From the NCBI GenBank assembly GCA_017441265.1, contig JAFRYE010000043.1, positions 81 through 64,080 on the forward strand: a stretch of DNA of 64,000 bases, read 5' to 3'. The stretch comes from Lachnospiraceae bacterium. GTDB lineage: Bacteria > Bacillota > Clostridia > Lachnospirales > Lachnospiraceae. The notes below the pieces were generated by a model. The model was not told where the DNA came from. It saw only the letters and a list, made by a program, of their open reading frames with translations, and did no database searches. Below, one piece after another: positions 41,484-50,188 of this stretch (positions are counted from its first letter, which is position 1; each line of letters starts with the position of its first letter). The position numbers and the translations under genes are program-made.

Positions 41484-42947
41484 TCACTTCGCTTTTTTGA
41501 AGTACCACTTCTGCACGCCGTCTGCACCGAAAGAGCACAACAGCGCCTGCGCCCCCTTCTTTGCCGTGAGCACACGACCGCTTTGGTAAGGCGTCTTCAC
41601 CGAATAGCTGCCGTCTTCATTTTCCGTCAAATACCAGCTCTGCGCGTCGACATAGCCCGTATACGGCCAAATGCTGATCGTGTTGCCCTCCATATCCCAG
41701 GCGTTTCCTAAGTCGATCAGCAGCGTCGGAAGCTCCTTCGGGCACAGCACATAATGACCGTTTCCGATATACCGGATATTCCAAATGCAGGGCTCGTCGG
41801 CAAGCGTCAGTGTCGGTTCTGCGGACTGTCCGGTCAGATATCCGCTGCCGTCGGCCGCTTCCACGGTAAATGTTCCGAGGAAGAGGCGGCTGCGTTTGAT
41901 CAACGGCCACATCTTCGGATACATTCCGACAAGCTTGACATCGCCGTTACCCGTGTACGGCAGTTTGCCCTGCAAAACGAGCTTGTAGAACTCGAAAAAG
42001 TCGTAATCGTTGGCGTCTGAGATATACTGCTGATATCCCGGGAACGACGCCGGTCCCATGTATGCATGCGTGTTGGGATACTCAACTCCCAACAGATCCT
42101 TGAGCGCCTCGAGCTGATGCATCCACTCGTGAACCGCAACCGCCGTCGCATACAGCGACGGAATCTCCGGATCGGCCAGCGGATACGTGCCCTCTTTCGG
42201 CTTCGTCAGGTTAAATGTCGAATAGCCGAGATCCGAGGTGATCCCTGCCAGTTCCAGCCCCAGAATGACGTCATGAACGCCGAAGCCGTCCTTGTCTTCG
42301 TTGCGGAGATCATTCTCATCCCCAGACGTCTGCACGGTCGTCAGGACGGTGTCCACTTCCTGCTTTGCCGTGTACTGGCTGATGATCGGCATTACCGTCT
42401 CCTGCGCGAGATACAGCCAATCCTCGCCGGGATACTGCGTGAGCGGCATCACGTCATCCACAAAATGAAGGTCCACGATGATATCCACATTGTGGCCGGA
42501 GATGCTCTCTACCGACTTCTCGTAGTTGAGCGCCACTGCCTCCAGATACTCCCGGTCGAAATCGGTCATCCGGAAATCCAGATCCTCGAACGTTACATGC
42601 GTAAATCCGAGCCAGAGCACATAGTATTTGACGGGCTCATCCAACGGCGTGTAGTCGTTCGCGTTAAACTGCGCAACCGCCTCCTTGATCATCGCTTCCG
42701 TCTCTTCGGTGGCCGTCTTAAAGGAAAATGACGGTCCTTCCGTAGGGGTCACCGTAGGCGTCGAAGTCACCCCGCTGTTCGACGGAGTCGGCTCGTTCGT
42801 CACATTTCCGGACTGCGTTTCCGACGGCTTATCGTCATTGTCGGAGTCGCTCTTGTCGGAGCCGCACGCAACGAGCGCCGCGACCATTCCGACCAACAGG
42901 CACAACAGTACAACAAACTTTGCTTTCTTCACAACACTACCTCTCAT
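41484..42947 (-). CDS. Lipoprotein with an HExxH (zinc metalloprotease-like) motif and a C-terminal ricin-type beta-trefoil lectin domain
   Basis: Lipobox LVAC-GSD; AVHEWMHQLE; C-terminal (Q/C)xW-type triplet (CIWNI, QSWYL, QKWYF). The start may instead be GTG 42932, which follows GAGG. Confidence 0.65.
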   Translation of the reverse strand: MRGSVVKKAKFVVLLCLLVGMVAALVACGSDKSDSDNDDKPSETQSGNVTNEPTPSNSGVTSTPTVTPTEGPSFSFKTATEETEAMIKEAVAQFNANDYTPLDEPVKYYVLWLGFTHVTFEDLDFRMTDFDREYLEAVALNYEKSVESISGHNVDIIVDLHFVDDVMPLTQYPGEDWLYLAQETVMPIISQYTAKQEVDTVLTTVQTSGDENDLRNEDKDGFGVHDVILGLELAGITSDLGYSTFNLTKPKEGTYPLADPEIPSLYATAVAVHEWMHQLEALKDLLGVEYPNTHAYMGPASFPGYQQYISDANDYDFFEFYKLVLQGKLPYTGNGDVKLVGMYPKMWPLIKRSRLFLGTFTVEAADGSGYLTGQSAEPTLTLADEPCIWNIRYIGNGHYVLCPKELPTLLIDLGNAWDMEGNTISIWPYTGYVDAQSWYLTENEDGSYSVKTPYQSGRVLTAKKGAQALLCSFGADGVQKWYFKKAK

Positions 42948-43053
42948 TTTTCGAAATAATTGTCTGTAATCCCCGTTACAATTATTCCGCTTTCCCCATT
43001 AAATACGCGCTTTCTCTATATGCTTTCCGGGCGGTTGCCCGGTAAGGCTCCTC

Positions 43054-43932
43054 TTACAATTCCGTCTCCGATCCGTATCGGTCTTTCTGCTTCATCAACT
43101 CCCAGAAGCTGATCGCGCTGGCCGCAGCTACGTTCAGCGAATCCACGCCGTAGTGCATCGGTATCATAACCCGGTAATCGCACGCTGCGATGATATCCTT
43201 CGGAAGGCCCGGTCCTTCGGACCCCAAGAACACGGCGAGCCGCTCATTAGCCCGGATCACATCGTTGTCAATGTTGGTCGAATCCTCGGTCAGCGCCATC
43301 GCAAGCGTTTTAAAGCCGTACGAGTGCAGCAGCCGGATCAGATTGAGTTCCTCGGACTCCTCCTTCGTCGCAATTGCCCAGGGAATCTGGAATACCGTTC
43401 CCATGCTGACGCGCGAAGCGCGCCTTGCCAGGGGATCCACGGAAGCATGCGACAGAAGCACTCCGTCCATTCCAAGCGCCGCTGCCGAGCGAATGATCGC
43501 CCCGGCGTTGGCCGGATTCACAACATCATACAAAACGGCAATGCGCTTTTTGCCCCGGCAGAACTCTTCCATGGTGGGTTCCTTCCGCCGCCGCATCGTC
43601 ATCCACAGCCCACGGACCAACGCATACCCGGTCAACCGGGTAACAATGTCCTTTTCCGCGGTATACACCGGGATCGACTCCAGTTTTTCTTCGCCCCAAA
43701 AGGTCTTGACCGCCTCAAATACCGGAGCGGCCTCCGCTTCCATGCGACCGGTTTCCACCAGGATCGAAAGCGGCTCATAGCCCGCCTCCAGCGCCCGCAG
43801 GATCACACTCGCGCTCTCCGCGAGGAAAATCCCCATCTCCGGCTCGAAATACCGGTACAACTGCGGTTCGGAGCACTTCGTAAACACCTCAAGTTCCGGT
43901 GCATCGACGTCTTTTATCTCAATCAGATTCAT
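43054..43932 (-). CDS. TrmH/SpoU-family RNA methyltransferase (second paralog in the window)
   Basis: SpoU motifs NPANAGAIIRSAAALG, VFLGSEGPGL and IPMHYGVDSLNVAAASAI. Confidence 0.8.
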   Translation of the reverse strand: MNLIEIKDVDAPELEVFTKCSEPQLYRYFEPEMGIFLAESASVILRALEAGYEPLSILVETGRMEAEAAPVFEAVKTFWGEEKLESIPVYTAEKDIVTRLTGYALVRGLWMTMRRRKEPTMEEFCRGKKRIAVLYDVVNPANAGAIIRSAAALGMDGVLLSHASVDPLARRASRVSMGTVFQIPWAIATKEESEELNLIRLLHSYGFKTLAMALTEDSTNIDNDVIRANERLAVFLGSEGPGLPKDIIAACDYRVMIPMHYGVDSLNVAAASAISFWELMKQKDRYGSETEL

Positions 43933-43977
43933 ATCGTTAAAACCCGTGATGTCAGTAATATCCCTTTTCTCGATCCG

Positions 43978-44421
43978 TCATTTCTCAGTCGTTGCAGTCG
44001 TCTTGCTCAGCTCGGCGACGTCCGTCACCTTGATGCCGCGTTCGACCAGCATCTGCGCAAAAACTCCCCGACCGGGGATCAGCGTTCCCGTGAAAGTTCC
44101 GTCATAGACCGACTTCACACCGCAGGAAGGACTGCGGGACTGCAGTATCACAAGCTCCGCACCGCTGTCGATCACCTTTTGAAGCGCCGACTCCGCCCCT
44201 CTGCGAAACTCGGCGTCGACCGACGAACCGTCCCGGTGCCTCACGACGCCGTTCACGATCTCGGAAGACTCCCTCGGCGTCGGCAGGCCGCCCATTACCT
44301 CGGGGCAGACAGCGATCACCTCGTGTCCCTTCAAAAACTCCGCAGTCGTCTCACTGTAATTGTTTCCGCCGTTGTATTTGCAGTTCTCGCCGAGCAAACA
44401 TGCACTTACCGCTATTTTCAA
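43978..44421 (-). CDS. DUF523 (YbbK/TudS-like) protein
   Basis: MKIAVSACLLGENCKYNGG and SPSCG motifs. TTG start lies 6 nt after AGAGGGGTGA. Confidence 0.75.
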   Translation of the reverse strand: MKIAVSACLLGENCKYNGGNNYSETTAEFLKGHEVIAVCPEVMGGLPTPRESSEIVNGVVRHRDGSSVDAEFRRGAESALQKVIDSGAELVILQSRSPSCGVKSVYDGTFTGTLIPGRGVFAQMLVERGIKVTDVAELSKTTATTEK

Positions 44422-44559
44422 ATTTGTTCACCCCTCTGATGTACCGGCCACTTTCTCCGGCTCGGGAATCCCCTGTCCTGACCTCCGATCTTCACCGCTG
44501 CCGGAAGACAACCGAACCGATTATACCAGTTTCCCTCGAGATTCTCAACAGAATATGAA

Positions 44560-45186
44560 TCAGTATTTCCACTGAAATACCGCAAGGTCAACCTTCCCGT
44601 CGGAAACGGTTATGCCTTCCGCTTCCAACAGTTTCTCCTGTGCTCCCGCCCCGCCGAATGCAAATTCGCCTGACAGTTCTCCCCTGGCGTTCACGACGCG
44701 AAAGCAGGGAATACTGCCGGGGTCCGGGTTTTTGTGAAGCGCGTTTCCGACAGCACGGGCCATTTTCCGATCACCGGCTAGTTCGGCAACCTGCGAGTAT
44801 GTGGCCACATGACCGTACGGGATTTTCTTCACCGCTTCATAGATTCTCTTCGAGGGACAATCGCTGATAAGATCATAGCTCTCGGCGATCATAAGTTTGA
44901 TCGCCTCGTCCGGAATGCTCCCGTCAAGGATTATCGTATTCCAGTGATCCTTGTTCTGATGATACCCGGGAAGGACCGATTTATAGATCCTTCGCCAGTA
45001 AAATGCCTTTTCGGGATCGACTTTCACATTCAGATTGACATACCCGTCCCGTTCGTATGTCCAAAGAAAGGCTTTCCTGTTTCCGCCGTACCGGACCAGC
45101 TGCCAGTTCGGATCATGAAACGGAGCGTCCTGATATGCGTTGGAAAATGAAAGTCCGTATTTCAAGGCTTCTTCTCGTGTTCTCAT
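44560..45186 (-). CDS. Fusion: MmcQ/YjbR-family domain plus MGMT-family (O6-alkylguanine transferase DNA-binding/active-site) domain with a variant PCFR motif
   Basis: The N-terminal half resembles YjbR (FSNAYQDAPF...HWNTIILDG). The C-terminal half has IPYGHVATYSQVA...IPCFRVVNARGELSG where the canonical motif is IPCHRVV. Confidence 0.7.
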   Translation of the reverse strand: MRTREEALKYGLSFSNAYQDAPFHDPNWQLVRYGGNRKAFLWTYERDGYVNLNVKVDPEKAFYWRRIYKSVLPGYHQNKDHWNTIILDGSIPDEAIKLMIAESYDLISDCPSKRIYEAVKKIPYGHVATYSQVAELAGDRKMARAVGNALHKNPDPGSIPCFRVVNARGELSGEFAFGGAGAQEKLLEAEGITVSDGKVDLAVFQWKY

Positions 45187-45248
45187 AGTGTTTCTCTCTT
45201 TATGCAGGCCCGGCAACAGTATACAGCACAGATGGCGAACCGGGCATT

Positions 45249-45277
45249 AAAAGCCGTTTTCTCATAAAATGAGAAAC
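45249..45277 (-). terminator. Intrinsic terminator downstream of the acyltransferase/small ORF unit
   Basis: Minus strand reads gtttctcat-ttt-atgagaaaac followed by ggctttta. Confidence 0.5.
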
Positions 45278-45389
45278 AATCCTGGTATCGCCGCACTCTT
45301 ATTCTAACGATTACGGGAGTGAAAGTAAATACCGTCACTCTGTCTCCATGAAATCAGAGAAATCGATTTCCTCTGACCGCATCCATTGT

Positions 45390-45518
45390 TTACTCTTTTT
45401 TTTGCTGCGCCTGCACCCAAAGTGCCGTATTTCCAGAGGTTTCGTCCTCTTTCTTCGCTTCGTTCCCTTGCGATGGAGCCTTCTTGCCCAGTTTCTTCAT
45501 CAGTTCCGGCACATCCAT
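45390..45518 (-). CDS. Candidate 42-aa hydrophilic small ORF, possibly translationally coupled to the acyltransferase gene
   Basis: Its ATG overlaps the upstream TGA stop (TGATG). Peptide MDVPELMKKLGKKAPSQGNEAKKEDETSGNTALWVQAQQKKE. No homology recognised. Confidence 0.25.
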   Translation of the reverse strand: MDVPELMKKLGKKAPSQGNEAKKEDETSGNTALWVQAQQKKE

Positions 45519-46603
45519 CAACCTCTCCCCCGAGTATTCTTAGCCCCCATTAAAAAGCATAGTATCGGAATTCTTAAACATATCTCTGCCAAAACCAGTG
45601 TAGCCAGATACGCACATACGATCGGCACGATGAATACTAGAACAATATTGTTTACCCCAATGCCCGAGAACCAATATTGAAAAAGAATTATCCATATAAA
45701 ATGAATGCTGAAAAACGGAAATGACCTCTGTGACATATAAGTAGTAATTCTATTTCTGAAATCAAGCTTATTCTTTCCGATTCCGATAAGCGCCAAAATC
45801 ATAAACCATTCCGCAAATGCCTTTGCGATCACGTTTAGTATGCCGAGGTCACTCCCCGACCATATGAACATATATACATTGGTGATTGCGGCCACAAGTC
45901 CGACCGTTAATGATATGTAACGATACTTTTCGATCTTTACTATAACTTTATCATGTGACAAGACATAAAAACCGATTAGGAATATATAGATATACTCAGC
46001 AAAACTCTTCCCGCCAATTGACAGCAGATCATATAAAAACGGCAGCGGGATAACCATAAGACAAATCACCCCAAATGGTATGTTTTCCATTCTGCCTTGT
46101 CTTTTTATTACTCTATTCGTAATTGCAATTATCCCAATGAAAAGCAGCGAGATAATAAACAGATATAACAAAAACCAAAACTGTCCAACATTGAAGCCGC
46201 CGTCAAACCCTGTCAGATCCGTCCATTTTGTAAAAAACACTCCGTAGTGTTCAAAGAAACCTCCGCTGTATCCGTAATTGTTCTTATCCCCGAAGTACGC
46301 AAGAACCGGACAAAAACACACCGCTCCAAATACGAGGGGTATCAGCAGCCTTTTTATCCTTTCGAAAATGTATTGTCCATATGTTCGTTTTGCTAGGGCA
46401 TATCTGCTACTCATGCCGGCAAGAAGAAATAAGAGTGGCATGAAGAACGGACTTAAGAACACAATGAAGCTGCTTATAATTTTGTTTGGGGTAAAACAGA
46501 TATAGTTCAATTCCCCCCATGTATTAAAAGCCTGTGCTGCATGATAGGGAATAAGCAGGAACACATCCATCCATCTTAAATTGTCAATAAACTGTTTTCT
46601 CAT
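45518..46603 (-). CDS. Acyltransferase family 3 (OafA/OpgC-like) integral membrane protein
   Basis: N-terminus NLRWMDVFLLIPYHAAQAF, 10 or so TM helices. Markedly AT-richer than the surroundings. Confidence 0.75.
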   Translation of the reverse strand: MRKQFIDNLRWMDVFLLIPYHAAQAFNTWGELNYICFTPNKIISSFIVFLSPFFMPLLFLLAGMSSRYALAKRTYGQYIFERIKRLLIPLVFGAVCFCPVLAYFGDKNNYGYSGGFFEHYGVFFTKWTDLTGFDGGFNVGQFWFLLYLFIISLLFIGIIAITNRVIKRQGRMENIPFGVICLMVIPLPFLYDLLSIGGKSFAEYIYIFLIGFYVLSHDKVIVKIEKYRYISLTVGLVAAITNVYMFIWSGSDLGILNVIAKAFAEWFMILALIGIGKNKLDFRNRITTYMSQRSFPFFSIHFIWIILFQYWFSGIGVNNIVLVFIVPIVCAYLATLVLAEICLRIPILCFLMGAKNTRGRG

Positions 46604-46821
46604 AAACTGTTATCCTGATGAATTTCCTGCCTAACGATTAACCTCAGATATTAAGATTATATCATTCTGACAATCGTTGCTTTTGTTATATTTATTTTCA
46701 ACCGATCATCATAAAGTACTGAAGTGCAGCAACAATCGCATTCTCCTTTCTGGCGTGCAATTATATTCATTTTTCGCACCCTGATCTTTGATCATGAATG
46801 ATGTCATTCGCGAAAACCGGA

Positions 46822-47454
46822 TCACGCTTTAAGCCATCCGGTCTCCACGCTTCTGTCGAGGTTCTTTCTGATCCACTCATACACCTCAGGCATGAATTCC
46901 TTTATGACCTTCATTCTCTCTTCAACCTGGGCTCTTACCGTACTGCCTTCGCGCCAGGTATGGCCTTCGGTCAGAGTGTTATGGAGCAGCGGCTGGAGCC
47001 TGTCCATACATGCCGCGTACTTTGCGTCAACAGTCTCCATCGCGTCGAATTCCTCCCAGAGACATCTAAGCTCCGCCCCCTGCTCTGAAGGAAGCTGCGA
47101 ATAGAGTCTGTTGGCGGCTTTGGCCTCACGTTCAGCCTTGCTTGAGTTGCCTTCAATATCGTATGCGAAAGTATCGCCCGCGTAGATCTCGATAAGGTCA
47201 TGAACTACCAGCATCTTTACAGCGCGTTCGACATCAGGTTCCTCAACACAATATTCTTTGAAGAGCAGTGCCATGACCGCGATGTGCCATGAATGCTCAG
47301 CGTCGTTCTCACGTCTTTCTCCGGAAAGCAGCATTGTTCTTCTGTAAATGCCGGTCATCTTATCGATCTCCGCGGAAAACCTCAGCTGACTGTCCAGTCT
47401 CGGATTTCCCGAACTCAAAAAATCTTCTATTCCCATATTCTTTTTCTCTCTCAT
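46822..47454 (-). CDS. HD-domain phosphohydrolase (YfbR-like 5'-nucleotidase family)
   Basis: ENDAEHSWHIAVMALL ... VHDLIEIYAGDT. The alternative start is ATG 47436 (MGIEDF). Confidence 0.75.
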   Translation of the reverse strand: MREKKNMGIEDFLSSGNPRLDSQLRFSAEIDKMTGIYRRTMLLSGERRENDAEHSWHIAVMALLFKEYCVEEPDVERAVKMLVVHDLIEIYAGDTFAYDIEGNSSKAEREAKAANRLYSQLPSEQGAELRCLWEEFDAMETVDAKYAACMDRLQPLLHNTLTEGHTWREGSTVRAQVEERMKVIKEFMPEVYEWIRKNLDRSVETGWLKA

Positions 47455-47515
47455 GTTTATTTTGAATTATACTCTCTCCTCGCCAAAGCAATCACTCCTC
47501 AAACAAATAATTATA

Positions 47516-48028
47516 TCATCCGGGCAATGATTCCGTTCTATTCATCACATTGCGATTAATCAGATACCCTTCATGAATCGCCGCCACAGACGCAACAGTA
47601 CATATGACTGCAGCACTGTATCTCAAGTCTATGAACGCCAGTGTCAGCGGGAAAACAAACAACAAAGCTCCGGTCACCTTATTTATCAGGGAATGAACCG
47701 ATGCGAACTCTTTTTTCCGGATATATCCTGATGCGATATTTGCCCCCTTAATGATTGCAATGATGGCAATCCATATATAAAGCCAGCCCGGAACATCTAA
47801 TACCGGAAGCGCTTTTATCAGGCAGACCAATACAAATACAATATCTGCGACCGTATCCAGTCTTGAACCGAACTTGCTGACGGTATCGGTTTTCCTTGCC
47901 ACAAGACCATCGATCATATCGGAAACACCGGCCACTATATAAAGCACAAAAAACACAGGAGAGAATACCGGGCAGAACAGTAAAGCAACGCTGAGTATTA
48001 TTCTGAAGAAGGTTATGATATTTGCCAT
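47516..48028 (-). CDS. CDP-alcohol phosphatidyltransferase family protein (PgsA-like)
   Basis: D(x)2DG(x)2AR motif (SDMIDGLVARK...G..LD.VAD). Small 4-6 TM protein. Confidence 0.75.
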   Translation of the reverse strand: MANIITFFRIILSVALLFCPVFSPVFFVLYIVAGVSDMIDGLVARKTDTVSKFGSRLDTVADIVFVLVCLIKALPVLDVPGWLYIWIAIIAIIKGANIASGYIRKKEFASVHSLINKVTGALLFVFPLTLAFIDLRYSAAVICTVASVAAIHEGYLINRNVMNRTESLPG

Positions 48029-48042
48029 CTGTGATTACCGTT

Positions 48043-50154
48043 TTACTTATGACTATTTGTGCGTTGTAGTCCTACCACAGTCTCGACGTGAACCGTAAAC
48101 GGAAACATATCCACCGGCTGGATCGCAGTGACTTTCCAGCCCTTCTTTACGAACAGGGCAAGGTCGCGCTGAAGCGTCTCCGGATCGCAGGAGACATAGA
48201 CGACACGGGTTGGTTTCAGCGTATTGACCGCGTTGATGAACTCCGGCGTACTTCCGCTGCGCGGCGGGTCCATTATGACGACGTCTGCCTTCTCTCCGCT
48301 CGCCGCAAGACGCATCATATACGCTCCGGCATCCTCGTTGAAGAATCGGATGTTCTTGAGTCCGTTGGCTTTGGCGTTGGCGATCGCGTCGCGAACGGCG
48401 TCCCGATTCAATTCCACGCCGATGACTTCACCGGCCTTCGGCGCGGCGCACATGCCGATCGTACCGATGCCGCAGTACGCGTCGATCACGCGCTCGCTCC
48501 CCGTCAAACCGGCAAATTCCATCGCTTTGCCGTAGAGGACTTCGGTCTGTGCAGGGTTGATCTGATAGAAGGAGGACGGCGAGATCCGGAAGCGGAGCCC
48601 GCACAGCACGTCCTCAATGTAACCTCTGCCGTACAGCGGAATATTGCGCTCTCCGAGTACCATGCTGGTGTCGCGGTCGTTGATGTTGAGAACCACCGTC
48701 GTAATCTCGGGATGACGGCGGAGAAGCTCTTTTGTGAAGTTATTTTTCGAGGGGAAAATGGGATCCGCAATGACCAGGACGACCATGATCTCGCCGGTCG
48801 TGCGTCCGACGCGGATCAGCGCATGGCGAAGGAGCCCCGTGCCGCGATCCTCGTCGTAAATGCGGATCTTGAACGTCTTTGCCAGCTCGCAGAGCGTCCG
48901 CAAGATCGCCGTCGCTTTGGGATCCTCGATACGGCAGTCGGCAACCGGCACAACGCGGTGGCTCTTCTCCTCGTAGATTCCGGTGAACACGTTTCCTTTC
49001 TTGTCACGGCCGAATACGCCGTGCACTTTGTTGCGGTACCTCTCCGGATTCTCCGCGCCCAGGATCGGGGCTACACTGCAGAAGCGGTCCAGAAGAATCC
49101 TCACATTTTTCTGCTTCCTGCGAAGCTGCTCCTCGTACGGAGTCCCCTGATATGCGCAGCCGCCGCACTTTTTCGCAACCGGGCAGGGCGAGGCGGACAC
49201 TGCTGTTCCGGGCGCCGTCTTCGCAGGCGCTGCCTCCGTCTTCTTCCCTGCAAGAACGGCCTCGCCGGCTCCTGCGGCGTTTGGATCCGGCGGCAAAAGA
49301 TACTTTGTCATGCAACCCAGTTCCACCGCATCGGCTCCGTCCGGAAGGTCGGACAAAAACGTGATGAGAATACCTTCTTTCGGAAGGATGAAACAGCGCT
49401 GGCCGCATTTTCCGCTGATGCGGGATCCGCCTCGGTAACACCACAGGAAATATCCGTAGCCGCCTTCCCGCACAGGCATAAGCGGAGCGCGCATGCGGTT
49501 GAGGTACTCTTCCGAGACGATCCGGCGTCCTTCATAAACACCGTCTTGATAGATCAGCATTCCGATGCGGCTTAACTCGTTCACGGTCAATTCCATGCCG
49601 GACGCGCCGTAGAACCAACCCTCCGGGCAGCGAGTGTACGCCGCGCCTTCGATGTGCAGAGGCTTCAGAAGATTCTCCTCGATAAATGCCCACGCATCCC
49701 CGCCGACCGCGGTCGCCAGCGCGACACCCACGAGATATGCAGGGATGTTGGAGTAGTTGAATGCCCGTTTTTTCGGATTCTCAATCGGGCAGGCCAACGC
49801 AAACCGCAGGTAACTGTCGCCCTCCGCACGAAACGGGAATCCCTCTACGGACATCGTCATCAGGCGATGGAGCGTGAGCGCGCGAAACGCCTCAGCCTGT
49901 TTTTGCGACATCTCCTGTACATAGTTTTCCGGAACATAATCAAGGACTGACCGCCCGATGTCGATCAGTCCCCGGTCAGACGCAATGCCGACGGCAAGCG
50001 CCAAAACAGACTTTGTCGCGGAATAAATCGGATATCGATTGATCTCCGTGTCACCACAGCACCCGGACAGGCGGCCGTTCTCGTAAAATTCGACGCCGTG
50101 AACTGCCGGGTGTTTGCTTCGGATCTCCCTGGAAAATGATTCAAAATCCGCCAT
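48043..50154 (-). CDS. Fusion: N-terminal beta-lactamase-fold serine hydrolase plus C-terminal RumA/RlmD-type (uracil-5-) RNA methyltransferase
   Basis: N-terminal half has SxxK (YSATKS), YxN (YSNIPAY) and GKCGQ. An Ala/Pro linker follows. C-terminal half has a Cys cluster CPVAKKCGGCAYQ...C, SAM motif DAYCGIGTIG, DPPRSG and VYVSCDP. A single uninterrupted ORF; ATG 50154 (MADFESF). Confidence 0.8.
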   Translation of the reverse strand: MADFESFSREIRSKHPAVHGVEFYENGRLSGCCGDTEINRYPIYSATKSVLALAVGIASDRGLIDIGRSVLDYVPENYVQEMSQKQAEAFRALTLHRLMTMSVEGFPFRAEGDSYLRFALACPIENPKKRAFNYSNIPAYLVGVALATAVGGDAWAFIEENLLKPLHIEGAAYTRCPEGWFYGASGMELTVNELSRIGMLIYQDGVYEGRRIVSEEYLNRMRAPLMPVREGGYGYFLWCYRGGSRISGKCGQRCFILPKEGILITFLSDLPDGADAVELGCMTKYLLPPDPNAAGAGEAVLAGKKTEAAPAKTAPGTAVSASPCPVAKKCGGCAYQGTPYEEQLRRKQKNVRILLDRFCSVAPILGAENPERYRNKVHGVFGRDKKGNVFTGIYEEKSHRVVPVADCRIEDPKATAILRTLCELAKTFKIRIYDEDRGTGLLRHALIRVGRTTGEIMVVLVIADPIFPSKNNFTKELLRRHPEITTVVLNINDRDTSMVLGERNIPLYGRGYIEDVLCGLRFRISPSSFYQINPAQTEVLYGKAMEFAGLTGSERVIDAYCGIGTIGMCAAPKAGEVIGVELNRDAVRDAIANAKANGLKNIRFFNEDAGAYMMRLAASGEKADVVIMDPPRSGSTPEFINAVNTLKPTRVVYVSCDPETLQRDLALFVKKGWKVTAIQPVDMFPFTVHVETVVGLQRTNSHK

Positions 50155-50188
50155 GTTTCCTCGCCTCACGTAAAATAATACCGCACCG

